IMG/VR virus record: IMGVR_UViG_3300028800_000060
Location: 64,001 to 128,000 of that record
Reading direction: 5' to 3' (one strand)
Source of the DNA: a virus
Length of the DNA: 64,000 bases
Shown: positions 58,101-64,000 of the stretch, piece after piece
How the letters are laid out: the number at the start of each line of letters is the position of its first letter
Numbering within the stretch: the stretch's first letter is position 1
Notes under the pieces: generated by a model
Seen by the model: only the letters and a program-made list of their open reading frames with translations
What the model was told of the DNA's origin: nothing
Databases searched by the model: none
Translations under genes and position numbers: made by a program

Positions 58101-60882
58101 CAAAATTATGCGTCCAACCTATGATAGCAATGCGATTAATATGCAGTTTGATTCCAACCAAAGTTCAAATGTTGAATTAAACACATTAAAGCCTGCAAAT
58201 TCAATTATAACGTTACCTTATACCGAAGCACCGGTTGTAACACAAACCATGGCTTCACGTCAAGAAAATTTGAACCCATATAATGTTTTTAGTTTCGTGG
58301 GCACGATTGCTTTAAATCCAGCAACAGATACATGGGTTAGCACAGCATATCTTCCAGATCTTACCGTTACAGATAATTCCTTATATGATGCGACTCAGGC
58401 AAACCTTGAAGCGTCAAATACACTAGGCACAATTTGGAATGCCTGGACAACAGATTGGGTTGGACAACCTGTTACATCTCAAAGTACTCCCGCCACTGAT
58501 GGTGTTGATAATTCTACTCCAACAACATCGACATGGGTGGCAACATTACAAGCGACTCCATCACAAATAACGGCAGCGCAAGCATTATTAGCATCTAATC
58601 CTAATTTGAATGGTAGTTTTCCTGCACCTGCGGGATATGTGATACAAGTTACACCAGGACAAACGAATACTATACCAGTACAAGCTTCAACAACGATAGG
58701 ACAAACTAGAACGGGAACAATAACATCATTGATTAATGTTCCCCAAGTTACCGTATCTGATGTATTGGTTAATACTGCAATGGTTCCTTATTGCCGCTCA
58801 AACACAATTGCCTTTACTGCAAAGGGATTAAAACCATTCACACAATTCTGGCCATTTTTCGATATCACCCCAGTCAGTGCATATTGTTCTCCTGGAACTT
58901 TGGTGACAGATGCAAATGGTATGGTTTCGGGCACTTTTACTATACCTGATCCTACCAGTACCGGTGATCCCACATTTAGAACAGGTACCCGTGTGTTTAA
59001 GTTGGTAAATGATATCAACAATGTGACGGCAAATGTTTCATCATACGCAACTGCAAATTACGTGGCATCAGGTGTTCTTGATACTGACCAGAATACAATT
59101 ACTTCAGTTGGAGTTCCTGAAATACACACACAACAAGTAACTGATAGCCGCACAATTAATAGTGTGACTACTGCACAAGTTGGAAATCAATCAGTAACTT
59201 GGGTCGATCCTTTAGCACAGTCATTCCTTGTTAATACATTACAAGGTGGTTATTGTGTTACCTCATTAGAGGTTTATTTTGCATCCAAAGATACTAGTAT
59301 TCCAGTAACATTACAAATCCGCGAGATGCAGAATGGAACACCAACACAATCTATTGTACCTTATAGTACGGTAGTATTGAATCCAAACCTGATAAATATT
59401 TCATCAGATGCATCTGTCAAAACTGTATTTTCATTCCCTTCTCCTGTATATTTGCAGCAAGGAACAGAATATGCTATTGTTTTGTTATCCAATAGTAATA
59501 GTTATTTCGTTTGGACAGCCTTGATGGGTGATTATGTTTTGAATACCGATGTGTTGATTTCGCAAGTTCCATATACTGGGCTGTTATTCAAATCACAGAA
59601 TGCGAGCACTTGGGTTCCTTCTCCTACTGAAGCTTTGAAGTTTACTTTAAATCGCGCAGTTTTCAATTATGGAATTTTGGGAACCGCTATTTTGGAAAAT
59701 CCTGTATTGCCGGCAACGACATTACCTAATCTTTCATTGATAACTTACAATGGAACAAATGCGATAAGAGTTGAAACTCCTACGTGCCATGGCATGCCAG
59801 CCGGAAGTTTGGTTACTATAACTATTCCACCGGGATCAAGTAATGCAAATTGGGCAGCAAGTTATAATGGAATACCTGTTACCGATATTGTTCCGACTGT
59901 ATCAGGAGATTTAAGAAGTTCTGCATGGGCTTCGGGCGTGGCTGATACGGTTTTGGGTTCAAGAACCTATATTGTGTCGAATGTTGAGTTGGATAGCTTC
60001 ACATTTTTCGTTGTAGATGGTAGTGGTAGTGTTGTTAATGCCACTTCATCGGGATTAACTGGGGTAGCCTTATCTATCACACAAAATTATCCTTACGATG
60101 TAATGATGCCTATTGTATCAGAATTGAATTTTCCAGGAACTAATACCAAATATTATTCCAGAGGTATCACAGATACATCAACACATGGTTCACAAGTTCC
60201 ATATGAAAGAACTTTGGGTGGTAGTTTCCCATTTTCGCAATTTATTCCCAATCAGAATGTTTTATTGACAGCACCTCAATTAGTCGCGTCGGCTATTAAC
60301 GAAGCAAAACTAATTAATATAGGAACACCTTTCGCTAATAAGAGTTTGGTATGGCAGATTAATTTAACTTCTACCGCCGATAATCTTTCACCAATGATTG
60401 ATAGTACAAGATTGACAGCATTGCTGATTAGTAATAGAATAGATTACCGCGTGAATAGTACCACACCACCCTCTTCACCCGCTGCTGCGGCCTCAGCATA
60501 TACATCAGAAACTGCTCCATATGGAGCGACAGATGCCGCCATTTATATTACTCGTCCTGTTACCTTGGTGAATGCTGCAAATAGTATTCACTTCTGGTTA
60601 AGTATTATGCGGCCATATGGTTCACAAGTTGACATTTATTATAAGATTTTGCCTACAAATAGTAATGCGAACTTTGCCGCCGGTGATTATGTTTTAATGG
60701 ATCCAGATCCAAATACAGATTTTTCGCCAGCACAAAATGCCAATGACTTTAAAGATTACTATTGGCATCAAGATTATATAGGAGAATTCACCCAATTTTC
60801 TATTAAAGTGGTTCTTCGATCTACAAATAGTAGCGCTGTACCACTTTGCAAACAATTGCGTACAATAGCTTTGGAGACATAA
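55180..60882 (+). CDS. very large virion structural protein (DUF4815/VrlC-like)
   Basis: PYYDDF...K.FYKILFRPG...QARELTQLQS, APGAHR, LARRT.D..G, GF.VDNF, DPLAQSF, LFKSQNASTW. Confidence 0.85.
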   Translation: MPITFSTAPYYDDFSAAKEFYKILFRPGYALQARELTQLQSIFGEQLNRFGRYIFSDGAMVTPGQITYDQNLAYVKVNPTFSAAPIDYDLIDPLVVGTTVQIKGVTTGIVAQVVQVARDINTIYVKYVTSGTSNTVATFADNEVINILPANIGVCQAIVAASTGITAQASIADGVYFIFGKFLNVNSQTIRLADYNQFPSVNVGLQAVETIVTPEDDTSLNDNAIGTPNFAAPGAHRYKIVLNLVALPEGTIADSEFTSLMVIANGTIQSQVQTTALSEIADTLARRTFDANGNFITTPFGFDIHESLLNGNNGGVYTALQGGREDQLAFGIEPGKAYVQGYEIKTITKQYIPLDKARTTNFFQNSHTRAYLGNFIYINRVFGIPSYDLWPSVNLYATPIVTDGVAPVTSIVGTATIRGLQFQEGSFQVIGDPGPIFQCYLTDINITTPGLSLTDIRSLAVNDGTLTTTANILTQVDIVNVVGSFAIGSTITDGTNTETVYAWDTTNNLLLTQPSAVSIPTNSPITSSATGTANILQRISLFDPSDNILLYQLPQGTVSTVRDTSGSITTSYSYRKVFTPVAASSGTVTFATSTNEVFASMEITDYVACIESGTGAGTLVDVTSSSPVFSSGLAHLTFNAPNGTTVKLSATVVKEIAVEKTKSLQTQSLTVTTPASVLNLGKADIYNILGIWTGTDNTGTNITSWYKLDRGQRDNRYDFGTLSLLPGYTSPSSVFIQYQYFTHSSGDYFSVNSYLNFDAALPNYIAGATYYPLIPSYNGSNGTKYLLRDCYDFRPRVNDTATPTSTIANAAVPVPPTYVTPGKLVKPNDDIVSDFSYYLGRIDKIYLDENGFFRVIEGTPSLTPLAPPDPATGMVVAILGYPAYTFSPTSVSIKSIPNKVYPMVKIGDLETRIAQLEYYTALNLLEQQTANMQIPDATTGLNRYQSGFIVDNFVDNSVSDYNNSDCKFSLDALNKIMRPTYDSNAINMQFDSNQSSNVELNTLKPANSIITLPYTEAPVVTQTMASRQENLNPYNVFSFVGTIALNPATDTWVSTAYLPDLTVTDNSLYDATQANLEASNTLGTIWNAWTTDWVGQPVTSQSTPATDGVDNSTPTTSTWVATLQATPSQITAAQALLASNPNLNGSFPAPAGYVIQVTPGQTNTIPVQASTTIGQTRTGTITSLINVPQVTVSDVLVNTAMVPYCRSNTIAFTAKGLKPFTQFWPFFDITPVSAYCSPGTLVTDANGMVSGTFTIPDPTSTGDPTFRTGTRVFKLVNDINNVTANVSSYATANYVASGVLDTDQNTITSVGVPEIHTQQVTDSRTINSVTTAQVGNQSVTWVDPLAQSFLVNTLQGGYCVTSLEVYFASKDTSIPVTLQIREMQNGTPTQSIVPYSTVVLNPNLINISSDASVKTVFSFPSPVYLQQGTEYAIVLLSNSNSYFVWTALMGDYVLNTDVLISQVPYTGLLFKSQNASTWVPSPTEALKFTLNRAVFNYGILGTAILENPVLPATTLPNLSLITYNGTNAIRVETPTCHGMPAGSLVTITIPPGSSNANWAASYNGIPVTDIVPTVSGDLRSSAWASGVADTVLGSRTYIVSNVELDSFTFFVVDGSGSVVNATSSGLTGVALSITQNYPYDVMMPIVSELNFPGTNTKYYSRGITDTSTHGSQVPYERTLGGSFPFSQFIPNQNVLLTAPQLVASAINEAKLINIGTPFANKSLVWQINLTSTADNLSPMIDSTRLTALLISNRIDYRVNSTTPPSSPAAAASAYTSETAPYGATDAAIYITRPVTLVNAANSIHFWLSIMRPYGSQVDIYYKILPTNSNANFAAGDYVLMDPDPNTDFSPAQNANDFKDYYWHQDYIGEFTQFSIKVVLRSTNSSAVPLCKQLRTIALET

Positions 60883-60884
60883 AT

Positions 60885-61106
60885 ATGCTTCCTCAATATT
60901 TACCAATAGAAAATAATCCAAATTTGGCCCGCCATACGAATAGTATGGCGGTTGTCAATTTGGATAAACAATCTCGAATTCAATACCGAATACAAAAAGA
61001 AAGAATTTTGAGAGAAAAAGAAGACATAAATAATTTAAGAAAAGAAGTTGACGATTTAAAAAACCTAGTTATGGAGTTATTAGCTCAAAAGAGTAAGGAA
61101 AAATAA
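60885..61106 (+). CDS. small coiled-coil protein
   Basis: L.R...S.AVVN.D...INNL..EV..LK; follows the large virion gene. Confidence 0.65.
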   Translation: MLPQYLPIENNPNLARHTNSMAVVNLDKQSRIQYRIQKERILREKEDINNLRKEVDDLKNLVMELLAQKSKEK

Positions 61107-61675
61107 TGAAAACATTCAAATCTGTATTGTTAATGTTAGCTTTAGGAAGTATATTGGCTTTCGGTCAAACAACGACATCGACACCAATAACTTTACCAAC
61201 ATCTATTTCTGTTGTTGGAGAATTTAATCAATTAGCTACACCTCAGTGGGCTATAGGAATTTCAGCTTTATATGCACCATCAGTTCAAAGTAATATTGGT
61301 ATGTACGATACTACTAGTGCTGATGTAATTCCTGTTAGAGCTAATGATCCGGTTACAAAGAAACCATTTATTGCTATTTCGGCCAGTATTCGCCAAGGCG
61401 TACATGAAAAGATTTTATGTTCAGGTAAATATTGTTTCTTTTTAGGTGGAGATATTGGTCCTGGGTTTTCTTCAAATTCAACGAATGGTGTTAGTTTAAG
61501 TTTTACTAGTTCTTTCGTTGCAACATCGATTTACCGAATAAAACCTTGGCTTAGTTTTGTTGTACCGATTAGAATGCTTTATGTTTCTGGTATTGGATGG
61601 AATCCTGTTCTTCAGGCGGGTTTCAGTTTTAATCTAAAAGCTTTACCACCTCCTGCGCCAGATGCTATAAAATAA
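61106..61675 (+). CDS. secreted protein, possible outer-membrane beta-barrel
   Basis: Signal peptide MKTFKSVLLMLALGSILAFG/Q; amphipathic beta strands; LQAGFSFNL near the C-terminus. Confidence 0.55.
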   Translation: MKTFKSVLLMLALGSILAFGQTTTSTPITLPTSISVVGEFNQLATPQWAIGISALYAPSVQSNIGMYDTTSADVIPVRANDPVTKKPFIAISASIRQGVHEKILCSGKYCFFLGGDIGPGFSSNSTNGVSLSFTSSFVATSIYRIKPWLSFVVPIRMLYVSGIGWNPVLQAGFSFNLKALPPPAPDAIK

Positions 61676-61696
61676 GCGATCTATTAGAGCCCTCTC

Positions 61697-61750
61697 AAAA
61701 GCCGTCTAATATTTCCCTCATATAAGGGATCTATTAGACGGCTTTTTATT
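61697..61750 (+). terminator. long-stem intrinsic terminator ending the structural operon
   Basis: AAAAGCCGTCTAATA / TATTAGACGGCTTTT plus inner TCCCT/AGGGA. Confidence 0.85.
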
Positions 61751-61801
61751 TTACTTAACAAAAATAATAATTTTTTGTATACTTGAAATATAGACGACCA
61801 A

Positions 61802-62233
61802 ATGACACTAGAACAATTGCAACAAAGATTCCCTGATGCTACAATGGACACATGGCATCAGCACTCCCGGGGATCCGGTTGGATCCAGAATACGGCATAT
61901 GTGGAACCATCGGTGTACGTGGGGCCGGATGCTTTAATATTTGGATATGCTCGGGTATCCGGAGATGTCTGGGTATCCGGAGATGCCCGGGTATATGGTG
62001 ATGCCTGGGTGTCTGGAAATGCCTGGGTATACGGAGATGTCCGGGTATTTGGAAGCGCCTGGGTGTCAGACAATGCCTCAGTGTCTGAAAATGCCTGGGT
62101 ATTTGGAGATGCCTGGGTATTTGAATTTGCATGGTTATACGGAAATGCCACGGTATGTGGAAATGCCAAGGTATATGGAGATCAAGTGATATCTGGAAAT
62201 ACTCTGATAGGAATACCAGAATATACGTTTTGA
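61802..62233 (+). CDS. hexapeptide-repeat (left-handed beta-helix) protein
   Basis: (A)(R/W)V(S/Y/F)G(D/N) repeats encoded by 18-bp degenerate repeats. Confidence 0.8.
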   Translation: MTLEQLQQRFPDATMDTWHQHSRGSGWIQNTAYVEPSVYVGPDALIFGYARVSGDVWVSGDARVYGDAWVSGNAWVYGDVRVFGSAWVSDNASVSENAWVFGDAWVFEFAWLYGNATVCGNAKVYGDQVISGNTLIGIPEYTF

Positions 62234-62249
62234 TGATGAGAATAATATA

Positions 62250-63218
62250 ATGAAACTAGAACAAATTGGGTTTTATACTCTATCAGATAAAAGAGCAGCA
62301 ACGGCTAGCCAATTTTCTCCCTTGTCTCGTTGTGAAATGCTTTTAACTGGCCGTTGTAATTTCCATTGTCCTTATTGTCGAAGTGTTGGAGGACCAGATA
62401 AACCCTGGGAAGAAGCCGCGGCTGTAGTAAAGCTTTGGGCTTCCCAGGGACTTTACGCTATAAGGTTTAGTGGTGGAGAACCTCTAATGTATCCCAAACT
62501 CAATGATTTGGTTGCATTAGCTAAAAAAGAGGGAATCCAAAAAATTGCGATTTCCACTAATGGTTCTTTCCCACTCGACCGATATCGGAAACTTATTGAT
62601 TTGGGTGTAAATGATTTTTCCATTTCCTTAGATGCTTGTTGTGCCGAGGATGGAGATTTTATGGCAGGTGGTATTAAAGGTGCATTCAATCGGGTTGTGG
62701 CAAATATTCGCGATTTGTCCAAATTAACGTATATCACTGTTGGTATAGTTCTCACTACTAAGAATGCCAACACTGTAGGGGAGATTATCAAATTTGCCGA
62801 TAGTTTGGGCGTTCAAGATATTCGAGTTATTCCCGCCGCTCAAGCGGGAGATAAGTTAAAACAGATTAAAATTGATGAGGAATTACTTCAAAAATATCCT
62901 ATCTTGCGCTATCGGATTAAAAATTTGCGAAATAATAGGCCTGTTAGAGGTTTGCGTCCTTGGAACAGTCATAAATGTGGTTTAGTATTGGATGATATGG
63001 CTGTATGTGAAGGAGAGCATTTCCCCTGTATCATTTATCTTCGTGAAGGTGGAAAAGCAATCGGTAAAATTACAGATAACGATGTTAGGCAAGACCGTGC
63101 TTTGTGGTATGAAAGTCATGACACACATCAGGATCCCATCTGTTCTAGTAATTGTTTAGATGTGTGCGTTGATTACAACAATAGGTTTGAATCTTTTCGA
63201 CCGATTGACAATCCATAA
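62250..63218 (+). CDS. radical SAM protein with Cys-rich C-terminal domain
   Basis: CNFHCPYC, FSGGEP, ISTNG, SISLD; C-terminal C...FPC...C..NCLDVC. Confidence 0.9.
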   Translation: MKLEQIGFYTLSDKRAATASQFSPLSRCEMLLTGRCNFHCPYCRSVGGPDKPWEEAAAVVKLWASQGLYAIRFSGGEPLMYPKLNDLVALAKKEGIQKIAISTNGSFPLDRYRKLIDLGVNDFSISLDACCAEDGDFMAGGIKGAFNRVVANIRDLSKLTYITVGIVLTTKNANTVGEIIKFADSLGVQDIRVIPAAQAGDKLKQIKIDEELLQKYPILRYRIKNLRNNRPVRGLRPWNSHKCGLVLDDMAVCEGEHFPCIIYLREGGKAIGKITDNDVRQDRALWYESHDTHQDPICSSNCLDVCVDYNNRFESFRPIDNP

Positions 63219-63239
63219 TCTTTTTGTTAACATCATTAT

Positions 63240-64000
63240 ATGAGCGATTACAAATATGAAATGCAAATGATTGCCGAAGATTTGGCATCCGAGAATGGAT
63301 GCGAATATTTCAACTTAGATTCCGTTTCGCAATGTGAATATTTTGAAAAGGCCATTTCGGTTTGGAATGATAAGCGCGGCGCTCAAATTGATGCACTAAT
63401 GGCTAAACAAGGGAGATAGCCACATGGATAAAATCCAACACGATTCAACTGAATATATTGTGGCTTGTGCCGCCCGAGGAAGAATTTTTTCCGAGCATAA
63501 GACGGGCAAGGCCGCACAAAAAAAGATGAAAAAGTATCCTTGTTTGGATGCTGATGATTACTGCATCTATTCGCGAAGGGATTGGATAGAAGTGGTATAC
63601 CATCGCTAAGGAAAAATAATGCAACCACAATGGAAGTATATCGGTACAATTGGTGACTGCGACCCCATTACTTACGGTGGTGGTTTCGTGTATGTCGATG
63701 AACTGGGCAATTATAGTCCTGAAATTGCGTGGTTCGAACCAGAAACTGATGATAAATCGTGGCAAGAACACGGGGACCAAATACCTGTGGTAATTTCAAG
63801 GATTCTCATCGAAAAAGATTCCACTGAAGAGTGGTGGTACAGAGATTTGGATGTATTGTCCCGGGTCATTGGAAAACCACTCGAAGAATTGCAACAGATG
63901 GCAAACAGTAACTGTACTATGGAAAAGGCACTGTTGTATATGGATCTTTTGTGTTTTTTTGGTTCTTACCAATTCGACCAAGAACCACAAGTAATTTCCG
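63240..64000 (+). CDS. early-type hypothetical ORFs (63240-63419, 63424-63609, 63619 to window end, partial)
   Basis: TTGACA-N17-TAACAT promoter at 63205-63233; GGGAG and AAGGA SDs for the later ORFs. Confidence 0.6.

Larger units (their letters stand above)
7559..63233 (+). promoter_or_regulatory. dispersed set of sigma70-type promoters (-35 at 7559, 8484, 14967, 18178, 20909, 23846, 26546, 27933, 38290, 48180, 63205)
   Basis: TTG(A/C)(C/A)(A/G)-N17/18-TAnnnT at gene boundaries. Confidence 0.75.

Noticed and set aside
61839-62189. Several overlapping ORFs and dense CCNGG sites in the hexapeptide gene
   Set aside because: Explained by 18-bp coding repeats (GCC TGG/CGG GTA) that lack stops in other frames; not CRISPR (no unique spacers) and no evidence for a DGR.
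1-64000. Alternative genetic code (stop reassignment)
   Set aside because: Core genes are full length under code 11 and end in TAA, TAG and TGA; no suppressor tRNA seen.

Overview
AT-rich (about 35% GC by eye) segment of a large lytic T4-like myophage genome, read with the standard genetic code. No CRISPR array, integrase or reverse transcriptase was seen. From 0-3 kb there are late or head-associated hypotheticals. From 3.6-29 kb there are DNA, nucleotide and RNA metabolism genes: gp61 primase, ThyX, class II RNR, GIY-YIG nuclease, two RNA ligases, PNK/PseT, MazG, PhoH, RNase H, gp33, gp59 and gp32. From 29-61 kb is the tail/baseplate module: a tape-measure-like protein with a lysozyme domain, gp51/gp26, gp54, gp2, gp4, gp48, gp53, gp27-like, gp5, PAAR, collagen-repeat fibres, a glycosyltransferase, gp25, gp6, gp7, gp8 and a 1900-aa virion protein. 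Accessory genes follow. The most unusual signals are at RNA and translation level. (1) A circularly permuted, two-piece tmRNA gene whose precursor buries the CCA end in a long helix, with two aberrant tRNA-like elements upstream. (2) An RNase H gene split by an antisense homing-endonuclease remnant. (3) A likely -1 programmed frameshift fusing gp26 to gp51. (4) About 19 sigma70-type and T4-late-type promoters placed 5-7 nt before start codons, implying leaderless mRNAs. All protein family calls are from motif recognition by eye, not database searches.
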